Positions 9,773-22,604 of a stretch of 64,000 bases of DNA are shown in pieces. Position 1 is the stretch's first letter. Each line of letters starts with the position of its first letter. The DNA comes from Rhodosorus marinus CCMP1338 (lineage: Eukaryota > Plantae > Rhodophyta). The translations under genes and the position numbers were made by a program. The stretch spans positions 2,790,001-2,854,000 of the forward strand of contig JAMWBK010000004.1 of NCBI GenBank assembly GCA_029953675.1, given 5' to 3'. Below the pieces are notes generated by a model. The model saw nothing but the letters and a program-made list of their open reading frames with translations. It was not told the origin of the DNA and did not search any database.

Positions 9773-12700
9773 ATGGATGTGGAGGAGAAATATGCAGGAT
9801 CCAAAATCCTTAATTTTCTGGATATTCTAGAGGGTATTTCGGAGGTACGGTGTTTCAGATGAGTGTTTTCGGTCTCCTGTGGTCGATGCTGACCACGCAT
9901 CGTTTTCCGCTTGGACATTTCTTTCATCCCAGAACCTGACTAGTCTTAGGGGAGGTGATGCTCCAGTCAGCCCTATTCAAGTTAGAGGTCAAAAAACTCG
10001 GGACCCGGAGGCCACGTCCATTCAACTGGCAAGAGCGTTTGAGGTGTGTATCTTCAATGCCCAGTTCATCAACCACTGAACCACTCGCTAAGCACCCCTT
10101 GCCCTTTTTTTTGGATGGGTTTGATTGCATGCACCAAACCGAGCTTAGATAGTCGAGGAAGTGCTTCCCAGCCCTATTACTCCTCGGCTGCCACCACGAA
10201 GACTGGATCGATGGCCGGCGGAAAAACCGAAACTGCCAAAGCTGGCAGACTCTGAAGGTCAAAGTTTGGGGAATGAATCCAGGAATAGTATAGGTAGGTT
10301 GTCAGGATAAGAAACTGGACACAAACCATGCGAACAGAATTGGAATGGCTTTCCTGAACTGGTACACGTTCTCGGGCTTCAGAGAGTAAGGACGGGAGAA
10401 GATCCTCCAAAGAGGATGACGCGCAGTCGTCGAAAACCATGAACGGGCGAGACGTTTCTGAGGCCAAGAAGGAGCGTTCCTCTTCTCAGAAGAAAGGCTC
10501 TGACATCTCCAGGGACCGTAGGAAGGAAGGGAAGGACAAAAAGAAAAGGGATTCAACGAAGGAAACGGTCTCGGAGAAGAGCTCTAACAGAAAGAGGCCA
10601 TCGCCTCAAGGGCTACGAGATAGCGCCGACGTGCGAGATGCCATGCAACGAGATGCGGGCTCATTTTCCCCGGCAGACCGCGTTGAGACTTTTCCAGGGA
10701 AGAGGGCGAAGAGTACTCACGGTCGACGTTCACGCAATGATGAGTCTGATGGTCCGCAGAGAGGCACGCCTTCCAGTAAATCGGGAAGGGAGTCAATGGG
10801 CACCTCGAATAACATGGAAAAGTCTCCAGATTCGAAAGGAGTTGATAGCGATCTCTATCCTCGAAAGAGTTTGATTGTTGATGACCTGGACATCATTCCG
10901 AAGAGAAAAGCCGGGTCGCGCGAGCCGCCAAATCCGAAACACTTGGAGCGAGATATCCCGAGAAAGCTGGAGTCCAAGTCCTCAGCGAGAGATACTACGA
11001 GAAAGCCGGAGTCCAGGCTATCAAACAGAGATTTCTCGAGGAACTCGGAGTCAAAGTCCTCTGACAGAGAAATCCCAAGAAGGTCGAAGTCCAAGTCTAC
11101 AGACAGAGAAATCCCAAGAAGGTCGGAGCCCAAGTCCAGGGACAGAGAAATTCCGAGAAGGTCGGAGCCCAAGTCATCGGATAGGGAGATTCCGAGAAAG
11201 TCGGAGCCCAAGTCCTCGGATAGGGAGATACCCAGAAAGTTGGAGCCCAAGTCCTCGGATAGGGAGATACCGAGAAAGTCGGAATCTAAATCCTCCGAGA
11301 AGGATATCCAGAGAAAGGCAGCGTCCGATTCGTTTGGCGAGAGAAGGCCAAGAGAAAGTGATCGAGAGCGAGGGCGGGATCGGGATCGAAGTCGGGATCG
11401 GAATCGAAGTCCAACACGCAGAGAGCGGCCTCGTAGTAGATTGCCTGGTAGGTCAGAGAAGGAAAGAGACCTCGCCGGAGACACAGAAAAATTCCATTCA
11501 AGTCGTTCGCGTTCGGAATCGTTAAAGGTACGTTGAGGACTCTTATCCAACCGCAGCTCCAGGCTGCTCTGGACAGTGGGTTCACTAGACTCAAGCTCTA
11601 ATTCGGTTGCCTCTCGGTTCCTATTGTTGATCGCTCTCGATCTCTTTACAGAATGAGAAAACATTGTCCTCCGCAGGAAAGGACAGGTCTGGAACGTCCG
11701 ACATACACAGAAGTGCAGATGATAAGCGCAAAGCCAGAAGGGACTCAAGCCCGCGTGAACGTGACCATCCGCACAAGAAGGCTGACTCGTCTGAAGGAAA
11801 TGAGAAGAAGACTGCTCGGGACAGTCCATCTCGGAAGAAGAAGGCGGCTCCCAGCGAGCCAGGACGATCCGGAACAAGGTTGGATGGCGGTTCTGATACT
11901 CCCAAGAAAGATGGAAAAGGGAGTTCCAGAGGAGCTACGGAGAGAGAATCCGAGGTAATCAATGGGAAAATTCCCGCACAATATCACATCCTCACTTCTT
12001 GCGAGGGTGAGCCAAGGACGGTTTGTTTATTTGTCGTATCTCTTGCGAGCAGAAAGGAACAGATTCGCAGGCTAGTCAGAAAGCTCAGCCAACGAGCAGC
12101 AGCAAGAAACCGCGGAAGCCGTTGCTCCCCGCTTCAACATACGACAAGCAGTTCAGGTACTTCAAGAGCAAAGTGGAGAAAGCCATTGATGAAGGCAAGG
12201 TACGAGTTCAACAAGCAAAACTGTGCTAGTGTGCTTTTGTTCCCCTGGTAGCAATTGTCGCTAAGGATGTGTTGGGGTCGTCCCTTGCTTGGTATAGCAA
12301 GCGGATCTTTTCCAGGAATACGCGAAACAGTCCGTACTCTCATGCTTTCTTACGGGAATTGCAACTGAGAACGAGGGGAAGAAAGATTTGAGAAAGGATA
12401 TCAAGGATAACAGAGAGAAGGCGATGGAGGTGCGTTAAAAGCAGTGTGTGGTCAGCAACGCGCTGTGGGACTATCCTGTTCTTGTGGAGCTGACTGGCTT
12501 GTCCCGTTCCTCGTTTTTCGGGCGCCGCGTCGGATCAGTATTATCGGTATCTCTCAGCCAAACTAGCACCTAAAATATTGACGGGAATGGCCAATTTCGA
12601 CCTAGACGAGAAAACAAAGCTGTACCAGGCTATGAAAGCGAAAGCACTACTCAGGGAGAGGGCCCTAACTTTTGCGTTTAACTCAAGGACAGGAAACCAG

Positions 12701-13109
12701 TACGTTGTATCGCGTCCGTGGCACTTTCGCCTCGTTTACCCTGCGATGCTTGCTCCATTGCCAAATCAAATGCTAAGCATCTCAACCTCCCTTGTACGAC
12801 AGGGTGAAGGCACTTTTGGGTAAACTTACGACGCAGGTTGAAGAAAGCAAATCGGTAGAGCCTTCGGAGCGGAAGCTGGAGTTTGATATAGGTGAGTACC
12901 TAGCTATATCCTTGTTTTTAGTACTGGACCTGTGGGACATCCAAGCAGCTGACCTTGACTTCTTCGTTGATTTCTACTGTCGTTTGGCCAATTCAGAGGA
13001 GGGACGTCAGCTGAAAATGTTTTTGGAATTGTTTATTGAAACCATGGTGAACCTAGAGACTGTAATGGGGCGGGACCAGGAGGCTGGTTCAGAGTGTAAA
13101 GTGAGCTGA
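9773..13109 (+). CDS. Large multi-exon Arg/Ser/Lys/Asp-rich protein with internal 13-aa repeats and a helical C-terminal domain; 5' end may lie near 9350
   Basis: Exons chain through GT-AG introns with consistent phases: ...KILNFLDILEGISE | NLTSLRGG...ARAFE | IVEEVLPS... | 10439-11527 RS-rich | NEKTLSSAGKD...ESE | ...KAIDEGK | QADLFQEY...KAME | YYRYLSAKL... | VKALLGKL...ECKVS*. Confidence 0.7.
10949..11317 (+). repeat. Coding 39-bp (13-aa) tandem repeat, ~9.5 units of REIPR(R/K)SEPKSSD
   Basis: Visible in both DNA and translation. Confidence 0.93.
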
Positions 13110-13303
13110 GTGCGCTCCTCAGCGTTGAGAAAATAAAAAAACTGAAACAACAAAAGAAAAGAAAAACGCGACATTGGTTACTCGACGCAGATGAGCTATG
13201 GTGATCTAACAACCAACTCTTGCTAAATCGCTTTCAATCCAACCCGCGCCGTTGTAACGGACTGTCATCGCTTGTAGAGCATCTTCCACGTCACAAGGTT
13301 TAG

Positions 13304-14384
13304 TTGAGTCGATTTGCAGTGATTAGCTGTGTCGCTTCGGAATTTGCAAAACGTAAATTCCTCAAAACGCCGCTCGACTGGAATTTTTGGCAAGACGTTG
13401 AGCTGATGATACCTACCAGCTCTTTGGTTTGGCATGGGAGGGGAACTGCTTCGAATTTTATTTCGTTGATGAAGCCACCGGAAACGTGCAGCTGTTACCC
13501 GTTCTCTGCTGAATGTCCCGATGATTCAAAAATGGCCAACAGTCGTGAAAATCCTGAAGGAGCGGGGTTTGCGGGCAGATTTTGACCTCGTTTGTTACAT
13601 GACTTCCTCGTGAGTTGACGCAAGAAGCCTGCTTTCGACGTTCATGTTCGTATAACGTCTTAATTTTTCTCCGTCCTTGTGCCCGAAAGCGTCTATGCGG
13701 CACGGGTTTTGCAGAGGTCCGACAGCAGGTTGGTCACACATGTGAGTACCGCGAACCGTGCGAAAAAATCCCGTGCGGAGAGTAGCAAAATTGATTTTTT
13801 AAGCCACGAAGTACTTCGTGCTTGCAAGGTATAGGCATTAATCCAAACCGGATCCTTTCAATGAGATTGCGCATGAAAACCACTCCAGCTAAGAGTCTGA
13901 GCGGGGTCACAAATCAGGATCATGGTATACCCACCTTACGATACAGAGAAGCAACGCCTCTGGAAGCCAATGGCGCTTCCGAGCATTTCTACAAACTAGG
14001 ACTCTTCTTCCATAACCTTAACGAGAACGATGTTACCGTTGAGATTGGGATCCGTACTTTCCTAAGAAAGGTGAGACTAGTTCGTACTAACGAGGCTCTA
14101 GTCCTTCTCTGTGTCCATTAGGATTCATCTGACAGGTTACATGTTGCCGCCCTCAGGTTGTATTGAACAACCAGAGAAATATACTGGTCAACTATCTCAT
14201 CCCGCTCAGAAATCAGAGCAATGGAATGGTGAAGTTGATGCTTCCACCCGGTGGCCTGGAAGAGCTTGATCGTTTGATTGAGCATAGACTGCTCAAGCCG
14301 GAGACGAATTTGGGTAAGTATGTAAGAGAGACCGTTGACCTAAGCATCCCCATGGATGATGACGCAGGACCTGCAGCAATGTGA
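13304..14384 (+). CDS. Probable multi-exon hypothetical gene (structure unresolved)
   Basis: Protein-like segments 13822-14070 and 14163-14384 are separated by a GTGAGA...AG intron-like gap. No family was recognised. Confidence 0.4.
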
Positions 14385-14840
14385 TGAGCATTCAAACGTT
14401 AACCGGGAACCCAGTTTGGATATTTCTGGTGTTGTTAATAGCAATCGCGATTGTGCTGTTAGGTTTTCAGCTTTGTTCATTCGCTTAGTCTTTCATATCT
14501 AATTAGACCAACAGTTTTATCAATTCCTCCCCACCTCGCTGGTAGAAAGACAGACGCGCGCTTTTCTTCAATCTTCAGCACAACGGCATGCGAGCTTGGA
14601 CTCTTGTTTGTTGCCTGAGTCCACTGCCATAGAGCCAATCTGGACGAATTATCAACTGCTTTGTAGGCAGCCCTTCATACGGTTGGCCGGAATCTGTTCG
14701 TCCCGGCGAGCTTGCAAGAATGTTGACCACAGGGTTTCCTACAGCGACTTCTATGACGGAAGGAGCCTAGTTTTTACCGACGATGGATCAGCACGGTTAC
14801 CCGCTACTGGCACATCAGCAACTGTTTTCTTGTCTTTGTC

Positions 14841-15663
14841 TTATGCTTCGGATTCCACCTCGACCCTGGTGGTCTCCAGGTGGGAAAGAATGAACTCCTC
14901 CACTTGTCGTCTGTACTTCGGCTCGAAGGAATCGAGGTAGCTCTCCTTCTTGATCTTCACGGTGATGTTCTGCCTTTTTAACAGTGCTTCGATTAAACTG
15001 TTGGTTACTGTACAATACCGATCCGGAAAGATTTCCGGATGTTCCATCAGATTCCTCGGGTTGTGGAGCAACGTGAGCTGAAGGTGACGATAGAGTGTTT
15101 AAGGTCATGTTAGTACACCAAAGTAGCTCGCTACGAGAACGAATCAAGACGTCCTTACCGTTGTCCTCTTGATGCCGTTTACCTCTGCAAGATCCTCTCC
15201 TGCGATATAGGAGCGCTTATCAATGCTGTCGTCAACAGTCAAGTGCTTCATCCGTTCTTCTATACGCACATGTCGGGGTTGCATCTGTTCGCTCGAATGT
15301 TCTCTCCTCCATCTCACACCACCCTTCACACGCGATAAACAAGGAGTAAGTAAGGACGCAGTTGCCCACAGCGGCGTGATAGTCGTTATCAGGTACAAAT
15401 GCGCAGTTCGAAGAATCCTGACGGGATCCTGTACTCTATTCATCCCTCAAAGTACTATTGTACAAGCTAACCTTATTGTCGAGTGTCCTCGAAGCAAATC
15501 CTTGCCCAACACAGCTCATAAACTCCAAAAAAGCAAACGACAGAACCCAAATTCCATTCCTTGTCACCTCCAATCCAGTAAAACTCGACAGCCGCGAAAC
15601 AAAATGGATTCCTTCGTGCGTGGCAGTTCTCCTCCACAGCCGAAGTTGAAAACGACAATGCAA
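14841..15663 (-). CDS. Probable multi-exon hypothetical gene (may extend to ~16130)
   Basis: Coding-like segments 15144-15443 and 14841-15071 are separated by a GTAAGG...TTCAG intron-like sequence. No family was recognised. Confidence 0.45.
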
Positions 15664-16599
15664 AGTGCTCTCAGCAGCGTGTTCCCATACTCAAGTCTCA
15701 ATGCAAACCTGTTTGTCTTCTTTGATCTATGCTACTTCTTGGTACTCTTCCTGGCAACAAGACGTGAAAAACGAGAATGCTAGTGCTCTCGAGGGAAGGG
15801 AACGAGGCCCATGAGCGTAGACTGGCAGGTAACTTTGCCAAACCAGAAGATGGACGTGATTTTCGTTTCTGAAACACTTCATAACACTGTAAGAGAAATC
15901 ACGTCATTCTCTCGCTCACCGTCTTTCAAGCAAGTCGGAAAGTGCTCCCGAGCTGGCTAACCTCAGAGCAAAAATGACAACCGCGGCAATGAGCTCAGCG
16001 TGGGAAGTGACTTTGGAGTCAGCGGCAGTGGTCGCGCACCAAACGTCCTGTTCGTAGTAGTCCTGGAGATATATCATTTTTACGGGGGGGGGCCTTTTCA
16101 TCCGCTGTATCCTCGGACATCCAACTGAGGACAAAAAAAGTCAACAGGGTGCGTGTGGGATCATCTGACAAATATCCAAGGTAAATCCGGACACAGAAAC
16201 AGTCACAATGTTCTTTAAAATTACCATACGTATCGTCCAAAGCAGTTTGCCAAGACATCACGAGTAGCATCATTCGGCAAAAGCCATCAGCTCGATACTG
16301 TCCCATTCCAAAAGGTCCCACGATATAGGTGCTTACGATACTTTATTTACTAAACGTTGTAATTATGTTCTAAAACAAATATATTGGGAATAGTAGTGTT
16401 TATATACTATGAATAATCGATCTGTTTGTCCCAATCAAAGATTTCAGGGTTAGGGAAGGGAATGGGACTGTCCCATTTTCCTTTCCCGCAGAAGAAAGTT
16501 CGCTTAGCTGCCGAAGTCGCTAGGGAAGTTGAGGGAGAGGACAGAAGAGGATGGGAAGGTTTGTCTGAGGTTGATATGAGGCCGAACTAGTAGCCACAA

Positions 16600-17365
16600 C
16601 GAAGCGAGCTGCTAAGAATTTCTTATGGTTAGATTCACGAGGTCTTGATGAGGAGGGTCTGTTGAGGACGCTGTTGTTGAGGCTGAACGTTTTCGCTTCG
16701 GGAAGGGGTCATATTGCGTTTGAGAGTCAACTCGTATGTTGAGACGGTGGCATAGGTTTTATACGACCTACCCTAATATTGGTCTGATCCGTTCAACAAA
16801 AGGGTTTGACAAGAAGGAGCCCCGAACTCATCGACTGGTATGCAGGTTTGAAGATCAGGAGACGGATGCAACTCTTGTTTCTGACAGACTTCATAAGACG
16901 GTGAGAAGTTTCATACTGCTCTTTGCTTCCCCGTTGTTGAGCCGTTTCTCGCCGCTTGAGTACAACTTGCTCCTTAGACAAAATTCTGAGGATTCGATTG
17001 CTTCTTTAATTCTCTTGTTTTTCCGTTAGATTGGACATGCGACCTCAGAAGAGCGACCGCTTCGGCACCGACTCTTTGACGCAAGGGATTATACGACTTG
17101 CGTGGAAATAGGAAAGCTTCTAGCGGAAAGGGCAATCCCATTGAGAATATTCAGAGCTCTCTATGGTGGCTCCGTTGACAGCTTTAGGAATCGCCGGTAT
17201 GCGTATACTTATGACAGGCTTCGAGGTATCATAGAGGGTCTCACATCGTCTGGGATCGAGGTAATCTGCCTGGAAAGGACTTACAATCGAAAAAATTTGC
17301 AAGAATATCTGAAATCCTCTGTGTCGGCTCTGTCCATCCAACGTATAGATCGAGATAGACGTTGA
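16600..17365 (+). CDS. Possible multi-exon hypothetical gene
   Basis: Protein-like open segments (WLDSRGLDEEGLLRTLLLRLNVF; 16736-16900; 17102-17365) with GT/AG boundaries. The exon structure was not resolved. Confidence 0.35.
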
Positions 17366-18520
17366 GCCAATAATCACAAGAGCGCCAGAGGTGTACAGAA
17401 ACAGAATACTTTACTCCTTTGTGCTGCCGCTGAAAGAAGTCCCGAACGTTGTTCTTCGTCTTCCGAACGAAGAGGTGTTCAAGTCGGGACCATTGAGGTA
17501 TTGAGAACGCTATACACAGCTGGCTTTTTTTGTGTTTTTTTCAGCTGCCGGTGGGGGCTGCCGGTGCCAAATACTGTGCTAACCTACGTCCACCTTCATG
17601 TTCGCACAGAGGAAAGCAAAATCCGGACTTCACCAAGGACTTGTTCGAGCGATAATGGATAAACGACGTATGCCCAAAGGTTCCTACGCGGATGAGCAGA
17701 AGCAACTCCGATTCTACGATGCACGGATGTATGACTGCACAATATTGTTCGCGCTAACTTCTTCAAGTGCCTCAGCCGCTGGTCTTTGCAAAACTTAGGT
17801 TCTGGGGGCAGACACACCACTGCTCGAAGCCGTGTTAAGGTGGAACAACCTCTGTAACAAACCACGCGCTTTGCGGGACAATTTTCTTCATCTGTGTTTG
17901 GTGCTTTCTTCCGGTGAATCACTAGTAGTTCAACGAGTTGAACAAAAAAAAAACCTAATAAGAGATGACTAGAAATAGAAATTTGCAATACCTCACAACC
18001 ATCTGAACTCCCCTTCACATATGCACCACTGTACCGGGTTAAAAGTCCGGGGTCGAACAAACCCGGGGTCCACGATGCAGCGCCTTTGCACATACACTCT
18101 CTACGATGGCAGAAGGACCGGTATTCAGTTCGCCGGGTTCCTAGTTCAGCAACGTGGAACAAAGAACACTTGTGGCAAAGAGACGCAGCCCTTGCGCTTC
18201 TTCTAAACACTTAAGAGATCCACAATTTGTTGTAGGTATGACCAGGGTGGATGTCAGCTGGATCGGCTTCTTCTTCCACGTCTAACGTAGCAAGGGAGAA
18301 TGCAGTTTCAATGGTACAGTTCAAGTCTCCTCCTCCTCTGACATTTCAAATTCATCCTCGTTCCATTCCATCCACTCACGTTGTTCGTCATCCCTAAGAA
18401 AAGATTCATCCATAGGGAAAGGTCTGCAAGTTAGCACGTCGTCGACGCGCGACCTAGCTTCAAGGTGAATCTTCACGTATCACTATGAGCTAGGAAATCA
18501 GAGGGATTGTTGGAAGGTTC

Positions 18521-19616
18521 TTACTGATCCAGAGAATCAAATTCATCAGAGTTGCGGTAGAGGATACAATGTTGAACGATGAAGATAGTGTCGAAAATCA
18601 AGGTTTCCACAGCCAGTCCTGTCTTCGCGACATTTGCCGTGAAGGGCTTGATTGAGCTGATTTGGATGCTGCGGAGGGTCTGCTGTATTATTGAAAAGAT
18701 TCCTCCCATTAGATCTAGGAGTACAAAGCTGATCGACCAGCCGAATGTCGATTTTCTCCGAAAGTTGAGCACGATTTGCGGTAGGTACTTGACAAAGCTG
18801 CAAGTGACCTTCCCAATCCCTAGGAACGATATCAGAAACCTTAGGGCAAAGAAAAAAATGGCGAAAATCGGTCGCCGTCAAGTGGCGTCAGCGAATTCCG
18901 CGGTCCACTCTCCCCAGCTAGAGACCCCAGACAGAAACGTACGTCGAATTGAAACCGACGATCGTCATGATTGTTAACAAGATCAGTCCCATCCAGATGA
19001 TTAGATTGAGAAGTATCACAGTTGGCCTAGCTTTCTGGCTTCCAGCATCGTAGATCAGACACTGCACGAAGGTAATGACACACAAACACAACCTGGAAAC
19101 CATCGAATGATATAGAAACTTAGAGAAAGCTGCCATTTATGTCCTGCAGATTTGCTCAGCTTACCCGTGAACCGCAAATATAATATCGTTGAATTCTACT
19201 TGAGGTGGAATTCCATATCGAGCAATGTACGACGCCCGTACTCTCCCAGACCAATGAAGAAGCGTGGTGAACAACGAATAACAGAAGAATCCCGTTACGT
19301 TCAACAACACATAATCCAAGGAAAGTCCCCTGACGGATTTCCTCCTATAGTTCAGGATACACTGTGGATAAAACGACAAACTCCACGCAAAAAAGTAGAT
19401 CCATCCACACGCCAAAGCGAACCCAGTCAACTTCCCATGCGCCTCCAACTCCTCCACGCTCTGAGCATTAGGTGTCGGTACCGGAGTCTTATCCGCAGAC
19501 TCCAAAACTTCCGCTGTACCCGGAGAGCTCCCATCCACTACATTCTGATCTTCTACCCCTCCGGGGGCCGCCGTCGGACTCTCCACAGCCACCCCGCCTC
19601 CTTCCACACCATCCAT
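18521..19616 (-). CDS. CTNS: Cystinosin / ERS1-like PQ-loop lysosomal-vacuolar cystine transporter
   Basis: Two PQ-loop motifs: GWIYFFAWSLSFYPQCILNYRRKSVRGLSLDY and KYLPQIVLNFRRKSTFGWSI, with C-terminal FDTIFIVQHCILY. At least one intron lies near 19100-19160. Confidence 0.93.
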
Positions 19617-19806
19617 ATTCAAAACCCCCCCCACAACGCACACACAACCTAACCTAACCTAAACTTCTCATCAAAAAAACCGAACGTCCTCCCCCTCCCC
19701 ACCCCCCGCCCAAACCTCTGAATCCTTTCTCCAATACTTGAGTTTATTCAGATCTATTGATTTTGTATCACTTAGATCATCCACTCATCCCAACAAGTAT
19801 TCTAAC

Positions 19807-19855
19807 ATCCATCCATCCACTCCATCCATCTATCCATCTATCCATCTATCCATCC
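19807..19855. repeat. (ATCC/ATCT)n microsatellite
   Basis: catccatccatccactccatccatctatccatctatccatctatccatcc. Confidence 0.85.
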
Positions 19856-21167
19856 CTCCTCCTTCCTCCTCCCCTCCTCTTTCCAATAGTCCTTGCAGCC
19901 AGCACCGCGAAAACAATCAATCCAGTCACCCTCCGTCTCCTTTCCATTTCTACCCCCCATTTCCAATCCACATCTATTTTTAATCATAATTCCAATACTT
20001 AACTTTCCATACTATTTTAATATTATTTCCGCCAAATATATAATCTGTTCTATATAATTTGAGTAAATTAGATTTTAACCAATGATAAGTTTATATTGTT
20101 CTAGGGTTTTGTAGATATTAGAAATTTCTATTTCTTGTAATGAGAATATTAACCACTCTAAACACGTTTCTATTAAGTTGATAGGAGTTAGACCAAAGAA
20201 ATTGTGTGCAGCTTTTGCAGTATGAAAATCCTTTTTATTTTGAGTGGTTTTTCAATTGAGTTTCGGTTGTTTTAATGTTTTTCCGAAATCGAATACGAAG
20301 TCGTTCCAGCAAAAAAAAAAATAAAACAAATTTCAGATTGAGAAAGTTGAGTTGTTCGAGGGATTCAGGATTCTTGATTTATTACTACTTTCATTGTTTT
20401 GTAACCAATAGACGTTTAGTTGTTTTAATTTGATTGAATACGTGACCAATAAATAGATGATGAGCTGGACCTTTATCTAAATAGTTTCATAAAGGAGGGT
20501 TCTGTTTACTTGTTTTGGTGCTGGCTGGTGGTCTCGTCTTACGTGAAAGCGAGGCACGGACAGAATCTAGTTGGTGCGAATGGACAAACTATGCGAGCGC
20601 TGTTCCACTGACAGCCTACGATGTCAACAATCACTCCTCGTATTCTGTATATCGACTAAGTAGTTCCTCGAAAATCGGCTGCCTCCCTGGCTGACTAGAC
20701 TGCGTTGTGAACTTACCGACAAATATGCGGGACTTGACACCGAGGTTGTGCGATGCAGTTCCGCAGCTGCGAGTGAATCGTGAACCTCTAGAAGTTGAAT
20801 TCGTAGATGAAAACTGATAGATTCGATAATTATGTGATAGGTTCAGGAACCAGATAATTCAACACTCAAAACCTTAGCTTGGTGCCGGGCTTTCCTCAAT
20901 TCTACCGCTTCGGGGACAAGCTTCATCCATAAGCGGCTCTTGCTCTCCGCCGCAAAGCGATCGTGCCGCTTATGGGAATGTTCTACAATTTCAACAAACG
21001 GGAACCCGCCACCCTCTAATCTATTTAATGGTCAAATGACCGCGATCGACAGAACACGGCATATGCGTCGGCAGGTTGCACGGACAGCGCCCTAATCCTT
21101 TACCAGCCTTCAACATGAACACCATGCAAAGGCACTACAACTCATTATATACTAAAAGGGCGAATCA

Positions 21168-22604
21168 TCAACCTTCCACCAGCTCCTTGTTCTTCTCCTT
21201 GATCATGTTTTCCATGAAGTATTCACCAGCTTTGTACGAAGACCTCACCAGCGGCCCAGAAGCTACATACCGGAAACCCATCTTTTCACTTTCTTCTTTC
21301 CACATCTCAAACTTCTCTGGCGTCACGTATTCCACAATACTAGTTCAGGAAGCCAGATAAAGACGTATTCTTCAGAAAACCAGAAACTTGAATCAATCCC
21401 AGCGTTCTGATGAATCGATAGAAAGCTACCTCAAGTGTTTGCTCGTCGGCCTCAAATATTGACCAAATGTAACCACATCCACATCAACGTCACGAAGGTC
21501 CCTTAGAGTCTGTCTTATCTCATCATCTGTCTCTCCCAGGCCTAACATCAGCGACGTCTTCGTGAAAAGACCCCTTCTAAACCCTTTGGCCGCTTTCAGT
21601 ACATCCAGAGACTGTCGGTAGCCAGCTCTACGATCTCGAACATGCCTAGATTCGAGGCGAATAAGGAAGACCGGCTAAGCTTGGTCGTGACGAACAGCAA
21701 ACAAACAAATCGAATTTTTTTTGCCAACATACCTCTGAAGCCGCTCAACAGTCTCTAGGTTGTGGGCATAAACATCAAGTCCGCTCTGCGCCAAGGCTTG
21801 AACGGATGAGTGACGGCCTTGGAAATCACTAACGAGGCATTCGACAAGTATGCCCGAGTCGAATGCTTTGATGTACTTCACCGTCTGCGCGAAATGCTCT
21901 GCACCACCATCAGGCATGTCGTCTCTGTTGCACAGAAGGAAACGTTGGTTTGAGTAAGGAACGACGTGAGAAGGCGAGATGATTGATTCAGAACGAGTTT
22001 CTGGGAAAGGATGATGAAGAAGGCACGAGTACACATACCTGTCAACGCTCGTGAGAACCACGTAGTTTATCCCCCATTTTGCAATAGCCGCTGCCGTGTT
22101 GAATGGCTCTGATTCATCAGCCGGCGGTGGAGTGCTTGCGGTATTTATTGCGCAGAATTTACAACCTCGCGTACAGGTATCGCCCAAGAGCATAATTGTC
22201 GCCGTCCCTCCGTTCCAGCACTCTCCTGGACCACCACGAGAAAGAGTAGAAGAGAGTTGTCAATTCACCAGACCATGATTCGTTGTTTTTGCGCGAGATC
22301 ATTTTCTCGCTATCATTTGCTCAATCGCATGAGACTAACCAATATTAGGACATTTTGCTTCCTCGCAAACAGTATGAAGGTTCAGATCCCTCAAGGAATC
22401 TGTGAGCTCAGAAAACCGAGTTTTGTCACCACCGGGCGCGGGGACATGGAACCAATCCGGCCGACGTCCCTCCGGCATAGGTGCCCCAATTTTCGGCACC
22501 GCAGACTCAGTCTCCGTTACCCGTTGTGCAGATGACAGACTGCAGCTTATTGGCCTAGGTCGTCTCCTAACCTCTCCAAATCCACCTCCAATAAACCCAA
22601 TCAT
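21168..22604 (-). CDS. LIAS: Lipoyl synthase (radical SAM), likely the plastid isoform; 5 exons
   Basis: [13 protein letters not shown] (CX4CX5C), CTRGCKFC (radical SAM), [23 protein letters not shown] and [10 protein letters not shown] motifs. The N-terminus [17 protein letters not shown] resembles a plastid transit peptide. Confidence 0.96.

Noticed and set aside
10855-11962. Long minus-strand ORFs (340 aa, 113 aa)
   Set aside because: They are antisense shadows of the repetitive RS-rich exon.
13805-13820. Perfect 16-bp palindrome CACGAAGTACTTCGTG
   Set aside because: Isolated and within a probable coding segment; no supporting context.
19648-19666. Telomere-like (CCTAA)n run
   Set aside because: Only ~3 units, inside the C/A-rich leader of cystinosin; most likely compositional.
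20452-20612. Possible box C/D snoRNA, or a hAT dimerisation-like DDELDLYL motif
   Set aside because: No terminal stem or recognisable rRNA guide, and the downstream hAT SERxFS motif is absent.
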